Shown: in pieces, positions 54,856 to 64,000 of the stretch
Numbering within the stretch: the first letter of the stretch is position 1
How the letters are laid out: each line of letters starts with the position of its first letter
Virus record (IMG/VR): IMGVR_UViG_2595698832_000001
Span: 1 to 64,000 of that record
Length of the DNA: 64,000 nucleotides
Direction: 5' to 3' (one strand)
Source: a virus
Taxonomy: Duplodnaviria > Caudoviricetes
Translations under genes and position numbers: made by a program
The notes under the pieces: model-generated
Told to the model about the DNA's origin: nothing
Databases searched by the model: none
What the model saw: the letters and a program-made list of their open reading frames with translations, nothing else

Positions 54856-55515
54856 TTAATTAGCTAATAGTTCAGCTTTTTTGAAATGCTCTAAAGCTTG
54901 GTCTGTATTACCATACAAATCTCTGAATTCTTTTAAATACATATCAAGAGCTTCTTCACACCCAGGTCCAAAAATTCTGCCAGTTATTTCAACTGCTAAA
55001 TCTTCATTATATCCAAATTTTTCCATAGTTCTGAGTTTAATGAATTGAAAAATATATGGAACTAATTGCTGAGCTTTTTGTTTTTCTGGAGATAATGGTC
55101 TTCTTGCGTATACTTCTTTAGCTGCTTTAGCGCGACGTTTTTTACGTTCTAATAGTAGGCTTGTAAATCTATTATCGAATTTACGTTCGTGTTTGAATAA
55201 TTGTGGTGCTTTTTTGCCATTTTCTACAAAATTATTAATGATGATTTGTTCAAAATCATTGAAAGGTTTTTTGTTAACAATTTTAGTGTATAACTTGCGT
55301 AATTTTTGTGTATTGAGACCTTTTTTGGTTAGTTTCGTTTCAAGCTCTTCTATTTGTTTTTGAGTTTTAAGTCTTGTATTTTGTGTGAATAAACTTGAAT
55401 ATCTAAGTCGTTTGTAATCCAGCTTGAATAAATTAAACTCTACTTTTAAACGCAGATATGTGTTGATAATATCTTGATGTTTGGTATACAATTTGTGTTT
55501 GTAAGTCAGTTTCAT
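54856..55515 (-). CDS. Basic hypothetical protein adjacent to the repeat region
   Basis: 219 aa K/R-rich ORF with RBS. Confidence 0.6.
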   Translation of the reverse strand: MKLTYKHKLYTKHQDIINTYLRLKVEFNLFKLDYKRLRYSSLFTQNTRLKTQKQIEELETKLTKKGLNTQKLRKLYTKIVNKKPFNDFEQIIINNFVENGKKAPQLFKHERKFDNRFTSLLLERKKRRAKAAKEVYARRPLSPEKQKAQQLVPYIFQFIKLRTMEKFGYNEDLAVEITGRIFGPGCEEALDMYLKEFRDLYGNTDQALEHFKKAELLAN

Positions 55516-55617
55516 TATTTTCCTTTCAATTGGTATATTATATAATATATAAGCTTAAAAAATTCTTAAATTTATTAGAATGGTTTAAATATTTGCAGTC
55601 TTCTGTGTTGATCTAAC

Positions 55618-56773
55618 AAAAAGCCAAGCATTTTTTATACTTTTTAATATTGCTTTAAGTTTCAGATATAATACTATAGTATATACTACTAAAAAGCCAA
55701 GCATTTTTTATACTTTTTAATATTGCTTTAAGTTTCAGATATAATACTATAGTATATACTACTAAAAAGCCAAGCATTTTTTATACTTTTTAATATTGCT
55801 TTAAGTTTTAAGCATATGCTAGGATATATAGCATTGTTATATACTACTAAAAAGCCAAGCATTTTTTATACTTTTTAATATTGCTTTAAGTTTTGCTTTA
55901 AGTTTTTTAAAAAATTTTTGCAACTTTAATATGATATATTATAATATAAAAACTTTTTTCAAAAATTTTCTTAGCAATTTGTAAGGTTGCTAGTTTTTTA
56001 AAATCTAAACTAAAGTTTCAACATATGAAACTTAAAGCAATATTAAAAAGTATAAAAAATGCTTGGATATTTCATAGTATATACTATAGTATTATATCCT
56101 AGCATATGCTTAAAACTTAAAGCAATATTAAAAAGTATAAAAAATGCTTGGATATTTCATAGTATATACTATAGTATTATATCCTAGCATATGCTTAAAA
56201 CTTAAAGCAATATTAAAAAGTATAAAAAATGCTTGGCTTTTTAGTAGTATATACTATAGTATTATATCCTAGCATATGCTTAAAACTTAAAGCAATATTA
56301 AAAAGTATAAAAAATGCTTGGATATTTCATAGTATATACTATAGTATTATATCCTAGCATATGCTTAAAACTTAAAGCAATATTAAAAAGTATAAAAAAT
56401 GCTTGGATATTTCATAGTATATACTATAGTATTATATCCTAGCATATGCTTAAAACTTAAAGCAATATTAAAAAGTATAAAAAATGCTTGGATATTTCAT
56501 AGTATATACTATAGTATTATATCCTAGCATATGCTTAAAACTTAAAGCAATATTAAAAAGTATAAAAAATGCTTGGCTTTTTAGTAGTATATACTATAGT
56601 ATTATATCCTAGCATATGCTTAAAACTTAAAGCAATATTAAAAAGTATAAAAAATGCTTGGATATTTCATAGTATATACTATAGTATTATATCCTAGCAT
56701 ATGCTTAAAACTTAAAGCAATATTAAAAAGTATAAAAAATGCTTGGATATTTCATAGTATATACTATAGTATT
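55618..56773. repeat. Inverted tandem-repeat region: 4 units (73/73/85/partial) facing 9 units of 85 bp
   Basis: Right-arm units start at 56031, 56116 ... 56711; left arm is the reverse complement; internal palindromes TAGTATATACTA and AGCATATGCT. Confidence 0.95.
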
Positions 56774-56855
56774 AATATTCGCTTAAAATTTTAAGTATAT
56801 TTTAAGTATTTTCATAATATAATACTATCAATAGAATAAACAAAGGTTAAAAACA

Positions 56856-57737
56856 ATGAATAAAACCGATAAAATGATTGAAGCTATCGAGGATACACTA
56901 TTAAGTCCGGAAAATTTAGGAACACATTTCTACGTTTTAGAAACCATAAAAGGATTTGATTTCAGTATTAAGTTCGATAAAATAAATAGCTCTATTAAAT
57001 ATTTTACTAAAAGTAAACCAATTAATTTTGAATCTAATAAAAGCTCAAAAATTAAAACACTTAATGATACTATTAGTGAAGTTAGTTTAATTAACAAATT
57101 AGTAGAATTAATTAATATCAAATACCCGGAAGATGACTATATTGAGTTCTTTTTGACATTATTTTCAGTCGATGCTAGTGAGTCTAATGATTCTGATACC
57201 GCAGGATATGCAGTCATAATGTATGACATTTTAGTCGGTTCAAAACCACTAGAATCCAAATATGAAGATTTTGATAATGTTTTAGATTATTGCACTTTAG
57301 CTGGTATCAAAACGAATCCAATTATTAGAATTGCAACTGATTTAGATTCTGCTTTAAGTGTTCCTGCAAATGGTGATTCTATGATTCCATATCTTTTCAA
57401 TAATAGTTCGGAGTTGATACCTATGTATGGCATCACCATCAGACCTTATAAGGAATTGCAATACAAATTAAGATCTAAAACTCATAGACTTATTATTGAT
57501 CTTGATGAGTCTAATATGCCAGTAGGTTCTAAAACTGAAGATTCAGAATTTCTTAAATTTTTAAACATAGAATCATTAAATGTTGTAAAATCTCAAAATC
57601 CAAAAAATTTAGAAACAGAGCTAATATATTATATAATAGAAAAAATAAATGAAATAAAACACTTGAGCGTAGAAGAAATTAAAAATCTAAAATCAAAGTA
57701 CTCACAAAGAGTTAAAGATTTCATCTCTGTGAACTAA
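56856..57737 (+). CDS. Divergent RNA ligase 2-like protein
   Basis: ETIKGFDFS, YDI, GITIRP and RLII resemble Rnl2 motifs EKIHGTNFS, FDI, EGxVIRP and RxxIK. Confidence 0.4.
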   Translation: MNKTDKMIEAIEDTLLSPENLGTHFYVLETIKGFDFSIKFDKINSSIKYFTKSKPINFESNKSSKIKTLNDTISEVSLINKLVELINIKYPEDDYIEFFLTLFSVDASESNDSDTAGYAVIMYDILVGSKPLESKYEDFDNVLDYCTLAGIKTNPIIRIATDLDSALSVPANGDSMIPYLFNNSSELIPMYGITIRPYKELQYKLRSKTHRLIIDLDESNMPVGSKTEDSEFLKFLNIESLNVVKSQNPKNLETELIYYIIEKINEIKHLSVEEIKNLKSKYSQRVKDFISVN

Positions 57738-57798
57738 AACACTAAAATGTTAAGTTTAAAGAACTAAAATATAAATCGAAGAACGAAAGGTGTAAAAA

Positions 57799-58713
57799 TT
57801 GTCAATGAAATTTTTCGTAACCGGATCCAGCGGTTTCATAGGATCTAACTTTATTAAAATGCTATATTCATTAGATGAAAACCCAAGAGTAATTGGCTTA
57901 GATGTAAATCCAGGCGAATATACTGATAGTACACAAGGTATTAAAAATGCTAAGAAATCTGGGTTGCTTAAAAACTTAATTAAAAATAGTGATATAGTTG
58001 TTCATTTTGCAAGCCATTTAGGTGTTCAAAATATTGTAGATAACCCAAACTTACCTTTTAAATCTTTTAAAAATGATAAAATTGTTGTAGACTTAGCCAC
58101 TAAATACAATAAAAAGATTGTATATTTTTCTACTTCTGAAGTATATGGTGATTCTAAAGATTACTCAGAATCCAATGATTTAATTATAAGTTCTAAATTA
58201 AGATCTAATTATGCTTTAGAAAAACTTTTTATGGAAAGATATATCCAATCAAAAACAAATAATTATTTAATAATAAGACCTTTTAATGTTTACGGTCCTG
58301 ATCAAAATCCAAATAATGGATTCATTGCTAAAGTATTAGCAGCAGCTTTCAATTCTAAAGAAGTAATTAAAATCAGAGCCAATGCTGAGTCAAAAACAGG
58401 GACTGAAAGATGTTATTGTTATGTAGATGACTTTAATAAAATTCTTTATAAATTAATTAAACAAAATATCAGCGGTGTGTTTAACATAGGAAATCCTATG
58501 GCTAGAGCAAATCCATTAGATATCATAAAAATATTCAATAGTTTTGGGTATAATATAAAATATAAATTCGAAACTATTGAAAATGAAAATGATTATGAAA
58601 TACAAAGACGAGTTCCTAGTATTGTTAAATTAAGCGAAGTTGTTCATACCGATTTTACAAATTTAAAAACTGGTATTAAAAATATTTTGTATTATATTGA
58701 CCCACCATTTTGA
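57799..58713 (+). CDS. NAD-dependent epimerase/dehydratase (NDP-sugar SDR)
   Basis: VTGSSGFIG, HFAS, STSEVYG, YALEK, RPFNVYGP. Confidence 0.9.
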   Translation: MSMKFFVTGSSGFIGSNFIKMLYSLDENPRVIGLDVNPGEYTDSTQGIKNAKKSGLLKNLIKNSDIVVHFASHLGVQNIVDNPNLPFKSFKNDKIVVDLATKYNKKIVYFSTSEVYGDSKDYSESNDLIISSKLRSNYALEKLFMERYIQSKTNNYLIIRPFNVYGPDQNPNNGFIAKVLAAAFNSKEVIKIRANAESKTGTERCYCYVDDFNKILYKLIKQNISGVFNIGNPMARANPLDIIKIFNSFGYNIKYKFETIENENDYEIQRRVPSIVKLSEVVHTDFTNLKTGIKNILYYIDPPF

Positions 58714-58750
58714 GATAAAATTTAAAACCTAAAATCAACAAGGAGTAAAT

Positions 58751-59323
58751 ATGCTAAAACATTTAATAATTGCGGGCCATCCAGATGATGAGGTAATTGG
58801 TTGTAGTTCTATACTACTAGAAGATTCTGTTGGTGTCCTATACATCACAAATGATTATAGTACTACTAACACAGAACGTAATAAAGTCAAAGATAAATTA
58901 GCTTTGGATTATCAAAAATGTTTAAAATATTCATTTTTTAAAATGCCTAATATTAATGAATTAGCTGATAATATTAAAGACGTTTTAGACTCCATTAAAC
59001 CAGAAAATGTTTACGTTCACCATCCAAAAGATTTGCATCAAGATCATAATACTATTACAAAAGCAACCCTAATAGCTGCTAGAATGAATAGAAATGATTA
59101 TATTAAATCTTTAAGTTATTATTATGTTGAAAATCCATTTGAATTAAAAGCTTGTGAATTCAAAAAAATAGATAAAGATGAAAAACTTAAGTTTTTATCT
59201 AAATATAAAAAGTATATACCAGAAAATCATATCAAAACTATTTTAGCTTTTAATGAGTTCGTAGGAATTTATAGCAATTTAGGTTTCGCAGAGCCGTTTG
59301 AAGTTGTTTACAAACGTTCTTAA
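58751..59323 (+). CDS. PIG-L/LmbE family N-deacetylase
   Basis: HPDDEVIG, HH..DLHQDH, AEPF. Confidence 0.88.
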   Translation: MLKHLIIAGHPDDEVIGCSSILLEDSVGVLYITNDYSTTNTERNKVKDKLALDYQKCLKYSFFKMPNINELADNIKDVLDSIKPENVYVHHPKDLHQDHNTITKATLIAARMNRNDYIKSLSYYYVENPFELKACEFKKIDKDEKLKFLSKYKKYIPENHIKTILAFNEFVGIYSNLGFAEPFEVVYKRS

Positions 59324-59355
59324 TTACATTAAATCTAAGAAAACCAAGGAAAATA

Positions 59356-59901
59356 ATGAGTGAAATTATAATGATTCACGAAGTAAATGATAAAGTTCTC
59401 AAAGCTGTAGAATCTTTAGACCCAGACAGCATAATCACATTTGATGATGGTTTATATACACAATTTCATTATAGAAGTCATTTTGCGTTATTTAAACGTG
59501 TTATATTCTTTGTAAATCCGTCCATAATTTGTGAATCTTCCGAGAAACAATCTAAAGAGTATATACAGTGCTATAACGCCCATAAAAAGGCATTTAAAGG
59601 CTGTTTTGAAAATTATATGACATTAGATCAAATTCAGCAAATTTCAAGGGAAAATATGTATAATTTTGAAATAGGTTCACATTCTTATAATCATAAATAT
59701 TTTAAAGATTCTAAATCTTTAATAAAAGATATTCAAGATTCTTTAGATTTTTTTGAGAATCATAATATACCTATTAAATCATTTTGTTTTCCGTATAATC
59801 AAGATTCGAGAAACCCACATTTTACCCAAGCAGTTAAACTAAAGTTTAAAGATTTGGATATTTTTGGTAATAACAGAGTACCTATTGAATCTAAGTTCTA
59901 A
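59356..59901 (+). CDS. Polysaccharide deacetylase (CE4/NodB)
   Basis: ITFDDG, EIGSHSYNH, FCFPYN. Confidence 0.88.
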   Translation: MSEIIMIHEVNDKVLKAVESLDPDSIITFDDGLYTQFHYRSHFALFKRVIFFVNPSIICESSEKQSKEYIQCYNAHKKAFKGCFENYMTLDQIQQISRENMYNFEIGSHSYNHKYFKDSKSLIKDIQDSLDFFENHNIPIKSFCFPYNQDSRNPHFTQAVKLKFKDLDIFGNNRVPIESKF

Positions 59902-59967
59902 ATGTTAAATATTAGACTAAAGTCTTAGATTTTAGACTTTAACAATACACCAAATTAAGGAGCTTAA

Positions 59968-60603
59968 GTGAAAAATATTAAAGTTAAATTAATAGCAGAT
60001 TCTGGTATCAATGTTTTTATTGACGCTGTCAGAACTTGCTGGGATAGTCATAGTAAATGTGATACTAATGGTGATAATGTAGGAGAAAATGATAAAGCAT
60101 TAATAGATAGAATAGTACACAAACATAAACACCATTCTACATTAGAACATTTGTTTTATAATTTTGAAATCACAGGAATTTCAAGACTTTGTTTGCAAGA
60201 GTTGGCAAGACACAGAATGGCTTCATTCAGTGTTAAGAGTACAAGATATACACTAAAAGAACTTAGAGGTGCTGATATTTCTACATTAGAAGATGCAAGT
60301 AAGTTTATTGTTTTAACTGATAATGAATTAGTAGATGCTGCAAGCCACAAAAACTTAAAAGAACTTCATAACATAGTCAATACAAACGGTATTACCCAAG
60401 ACTACGCCAAGTATTGTTTACCAGAATGTTACAGAACTTCATTAAGATTTTCTTTAAATGCTAGAAGTTTAAGAAATCTATTAGAACTAAGATTATCTAA
60501 AGGTGCTCATTTCGAGATTCGGTATTTGGCTAAATTGTTGTTTGATGCATTACCAGATCTACACAAAGAATTAATTTTCAATGATTTAGAATATTCAGAA
60601 TAA
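59968..60603 (+). CDS. thyX: Flavin-dependent thymidylate synthase
   Basis: HHSTLEH, ELARHRMASFSVKSTRY, NARSLRN..LR..AHFEIR. Confidence 0.95.
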   Translation: MKNIKVKLIADSGINVFIDAVRTCWDSHSKCDTNGDNVGENDKALIDRIVHKHKHHSTLEHLFYNFEITGISRLCLQELARHRMASFSVKSTRYTLKELRGADISTLEDASKFIVLTDNELVDAASHKNLKELHNIVNTNGITQDYAKYCLPECYRTSLRFSLNARSLRNLLELRLSKGAHFEIRYLAKLLFDALPDLHKELIFNDLEYSE

Positions 60604-60618
60604 ACACAAGGAGTTAAA

Positions 60619-60846
60619 ATGTATGTTACAAAAGAAGTAGACGTAGAAGTTGAAGTTGAATTAGATGAATTTAAAGACAATGACGTCTTAAGATATGCTA
60701 GGGATTTAATTGAAGACGATAAATCTAAAATAGTATTTTTTGAGGGTCTTATAGAACCAGAATTTAATTTTGATTTTTTAAATGATTTATATAATATAGA
60801 ATACAAAAAAATTATTTTGAATCATTTCCTAAGCATAAAAAATTAA
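60619..60846 (+). CDS. Hypothetical protein
   Basis: 75 aa ORF with AAGGAG RBS. Confidence 0.6.
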   Translation: MYVTKEVDVEVEVELDEFKDNDVLRYARDLIEDDKSKIVFFEGLIEPEFNFDFLNDLYNIEYKKIILNHFLSIKN

Positions 60847-60907
60847 TTGATTTCATAAAAGCTAATTATTGATTTTAAAGGCTTAGAGCTAAGAACCAAG
60901 GATTTTA

Positions 60908-62017
60908 ATGAACGTTTTATATAATAATGAATATATTGATTTTACAAAAGAACCTTTATTTTTTGGAACAGGTAAAAACTCACAAAGATATGATGTTATA
61001 AAATATCCTATCTTTGAAACTTTGTTTAAGAAAATGGCTGGTTTTGATTGGCAAGAAGATGAAGTACAGTGCACTAAAGATCAAGCAGATTTCAATATCT
61101 TAAATGAAGCAATGAAACATTCTTATACTAGAGTGTTAAACAAGTTAATTTTCTTAGATTCTATTCAAGGCAGGGGTTTATTACAAACTATTGGATCTAT
61201 TGTTACTAACCCAGAACTAGAAGTTTGTATGACAGAATGGCAAAGATTTGAAATTTCAAGACATTCAAGAAGTTACACCCATATTCTTAGATCTGTTTAT
61301 GCTAACCCAAGTAAGATATTTGATGAATCTTTTGAAATACCAGAATTATTAGAACTTGCAGATAGTATTTCAAAACCATATGAAGAAGCTTTTGAAGCTG
61401 TAACAAAGTATCATTTAGGATTAATAGATACTGAAGAAGTTAAAGTAAAAGTTCTTAATATGTTAGTCGAAATTAATATATTAGAAGGTGTTAGATTTTA
61501 TTCTGGTTTTGCGACAATTTGGAGTATGCATTATAGCCAAGGGTTAATGGAAAGAACTGGCAAGATTTTACAATTAATTTGTAGGGATGAAAACCTACAC
61601 TTAGCAATAACTCAAAATCTAATTAAGATATTATCAAGATCTCCTGAAGAAGGCTTTATAAATGCTTGGAATTCTATTAAAGATAATATAACTGATAGAT
61701 ATTTAGAAGCTGCTGATCAAGAGTTTAAGTGGATTGATTATTTGTTTAGTAAAGGTGCATTCTTAGGTATGACCCCAGAATTAGCCAAGAATTATATTAA
61801 ATATCTTATTAATAAAAGATTAAAAGCTATTGGATTCAAAGAAGTTTTTGCTGGGTTTAATAAGAACCCTATACCTTGGGTGGAAACATATATTAATTAT
61901 GATAAAAATGAAGTTCTTCCGCAAGAATCTGAAATAACAAATTATAAAATGGATATTTTAGACACTGAAATTAAAGATTCTGCTTTTGAAAGACTTAAGA
62001 AGAAATTAAAAATCTAA
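60908..62017 (+). CDS. nrdB: Class Ia ribonucleotide reductase beta subunit
   Basis: FLDSIQGR, E..HSRSY, LEGVRFYSGF, RDENLH, PQESEI. Confidence 0.95.
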   Translation: MNVLYNNEYIDFTKEPLFFGTGKNSQRYDVIKYPIFETLFKKMAGFDWQEDEVQCTKDQADFNILNEAMKHSYTRVLNKLIFLDSIQGRGLLQTIGSIVTNPELEVCMTEWQRFEISRHSRSYTHILRSVYANPSKIFDESFEIPELLELADSISKPYEEAFEAVTKYHLGLIDTEEVKVKVLNMLVEINILEGVRFYSGFATIWSMHYSQGLMERTGKILQLICRDENLHLAITQNLIKILSRSPEEGFINAWNSIKDNITDRYLEAADQEFKWIDYLFSKGAFLGMTPELAKNYIKYLINKRLKAIGFKEVFAGFNKNPIPWVETYINYDKNEVLPQESEITNYKMDILDTEIKDSAFERLKKKLKI

Positions 62018-62097
62018 ATTTAATGCTTTGATGATATTTAAGTAATTTTATTTTAAGTTTATTATTATAAAATTATATAAAATTAAAAGGAGCAAAA

Positions 62098-62506
62098 ATG
62101 AAAGATTTAACAACAAAGTTTATTAATATTATGTTGAATAACAGCTACGATGAAGCTCTACACAACAAAATACGAGAAAAATTATTTAGTTCCGATTTAC
62201 AAGGTTCAAATTGTGACACAGGTTTTGAATCATTTAGACTTGAACTCAATTGTTCGATTGATGAACTCAAATCAAAATTATTAGGTTGTGGATATCTTGA
62301 CGACACTGACGAGGATTTGTGGGTACTTTTTTAAGTTAAAAGATTCTGATGGTGATTCACAATGGGATAATTACGTTTACAGTTTACCTTCATCTATAAG
62401 AGAGTTAAGCAGCACTACATTTAGAATTAAAGACGGAAATACTATTGTTTTCTACGATATGGTTTGGGGTAACGAACAAACTTGCCATTTGACTTTTAAG
62501 AACTAG
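62098..62506 (+). CDS. Hypothetical protein (frameshift at T-run near 62330)
   Basis: ORFs 62098-62334 and 62288-62506 overlap; RBS and early promoter upstream. Confidence 0.5.
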
Positions 62507-62511
62507 TAAAT

Positions 62512-62554
62512 ATTACACTTTAGTGTTAACGAACTTAAACGTCACTAAAGTGTA
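62512..62554. terminator. Hairpin between convergent genes
   Basis: ttacactttagtg...cactaaagtgtaa 13-bp inverted repeat. Confidence 0.6.
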
Positions 62555-62574
62555 AACTTCTAAGCTTGCTAGTA

Positions 62575-63723
62575 CTATTGAATATCAGTATCCTTGAATC
62601 TTGATAAAATCAATTTTGTAATATAAAATTGTGAACTTTCTATTTTATCTATAAACCCAGTTAAAATATACTCACCAGAAATTTTAGTGTCTCCTTCTTG
62701 TGTTTCATTAGTATTTTCGTTAGATTTAAATAATACTTTGTATTTTGTGAATATTTCTGGTGCCTTAACAACTCCAGGTACTACTAATTCTAACTTAGAA
62801 TAATCTAAAAACGATTTATATGTATCAGCAAAAATATTATCATCGTACAAATATTCTTGAGCTTGATATTCAAAACCATCGTGATCTTGAGATTCTACTG
62901 GAACATCGAAATCTAAATCTTCAAGATTAATTTTCATAACTTTCATTGTTTTAGTAGCTTTATCAAATGCGATTATTTGTGATTTCGGTAATTTCAGAGC
63001 TTGGTTTGTGTTTATAATCTTCCTAGATAAAATATCATAAGGGTTGTTAGGATCTTTTTTAAAATCATCATATTGTATACTTTGAAGTTTTAAATTATTT
63101 GGTTTGAGTTCTTTATAAGGTTTCATAACAATTTTTTGTTTATCCTGAAATAATATTAATCCTTGTCTATCACATTCTTCGAATATGAAATCCAATACAG
63201 ATTTTCGTGAAGTTAAAACGAAGTTTTCAATTATGATGTTGCTAGATAATTCCAATTTAACAGAATCTGGATTATATTTTAATTTTGGTTTAATATAAGT
63301 ATCATATATATCTTTAAAAATATCTGAAAGTTTTTTATTTTTATATGTTTTAGCTATATATAATTTACTAAACAAATAAGATACCAAATCTTGACCTTGT
63401 ATTGTAAAACTGGATTTATCAGTTGTTTGAGTTTTATTATTTTTAACAACTTGAAATTCTCTTCTATAGTAACCTTCACTAGCATCTAATATAAAAGGAA
63501 TAAATCGCATATCACCGGATTGATCTAAATAGTATTGTAAATCCGTGGTACCATTGACTGTAAAATAAGACAAGATGATAAAACCATTGAATGAAATTTC
63601 ACCAGATTTTGTTTCTCCAGTTTTTAATTCAAGTGATTTACTTGATTTATTATTAAGAATAGATAAAGTAAAATCTTTGACATCACAAGCGTGAGAAAAT
63701 AGACTTTGAGTTCCCGGATTCAT
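62575..63723 (-). CDS. Putative baseplate hub protein (gp27/late-control-D-like)
   Basis: 382 aa; Y.NKKLSDI, LELVVPG and SGEYIL...I patterns typical of hub proteins. Confidence 0.5.
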   Translation of the reverse strand: MNPGTQSLFSHACDVKDFTLSILNNKSSKSLELKTGETKSGEISFNGFIILSYFTVNGTTDLQYYLDQSGDMRFIPFILDASEGYYRREFQVVKNNKTQTTDKSSFTIQGQDLVSYLFSKLYIAKTYKNKKLSDIFKDIYDTYIKPKLKYNPDSVKLELSSNIIIENFVLTSRKSVLDFIFEECDRQGLILFQDKQKIVMKPYKELKPNNLKLQSIQYDDFKKDPNNPYDILSRKIINTNQALKLPKSQIIAFDKATKTMKVMKINLEDLDFDVPVESQDHDGFEYQAQEYLYDDNIFADTYKSFLDYSKLELVVPGVVKAPEIFTKYKVLFKSNENTNETQEGDTKISGEYILTGFIDKIESSQFYITKLILSRFKDTDIQ

Positions 63724-64000
63724 TAGAACCTACCAAATACATCATCAGAATTTGTATAAAAATCTTTTGTTTCTTGTTGTTGTTTATCTTTAATAGAACT
63801 CAATTCATCGAAATATTTTTCAAGCTCGTTATGCATATCTGTATTAGGTGTTTGCTTGTCTAATAATTCGTCAGATCTAATAACAAAATCACTTTCAAGT
63901 TCATCAGATTTTTTAAATACATAAGTTTTGCATTTAAATTTATAAACTATTTTTATATTGATTATAAAGAAATACGTTATTTAACCCAAAACAATCTAAC
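63723..64000 (-). CDS. 3' end of neck protein (gp14-like), partial
   Basis: Reads ...VYKFKCKTYVFKKSDE...DDVFGRF-stop; TAATG overlap with the next gene. Confidence 0.45.

Noticed and set aside
55618-56773. CRISPR array
   Set aside because: Units are near-identical along their full length, with no unique spacers and no cas genes nearby.
60908-62017. Intron or intein in nrdB
   Set aside because: The ORF is continuous and of normal length with all motifs present.
1-64000. About 20 frameshifted genes as programmed frameshifting or mass pseudogenisation
   Set aside because: Most are single-base indels in or near homopolymers, and they hit essential genes (capsid start codon ATAG at 52774, sheath). 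This pattern fits pyrosequencing-type error.

Overview
This window is about 64 kb of a very AT-rich, T4-like myovirus genome. Gene content and the long tandem-repeat region point to a group II Campylobacter phage (Firehammervirus, CP220-like); this assignment is an inference. It contains virion genes (gp23 capsid, gp22 scaffold, a split and intron-containing gp18 sheath, gp19 tube, gp5, PAAR, gp2, tail-fibre-like genes, partial gp14) and late transcription genes (gp55, gp33). It also carries nucleotide metabolism genes (thyX, nrdB, queD, a TGT-like enzyme beside a nucleotide kinase), six radical SAM genes, sugar-modifying enzymes and a ParM-like actin. Mobile elements are an IS607 tnpA/tnpB element, several homing endonucleases, a group I intron in the sheath gene and an apparently split intein in phoH. 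An inverted array of 73-85 bp repeats sits where coding switches strand. About 20 genes are broken by single-base indels, mostly at homopolymers and including the capsid start codon, so these are treated as sequencing errors and the genes are reported reconstructed. The most interesting candidates are a small protein carrying the CheY-binding N-terminal peptide of the flagellar switch protein FliM, a ~550-nt structured non-coding unit with its own promoter, the split-intein phoH, the split sheath, and cassettes bounded by identical promoter repeats.
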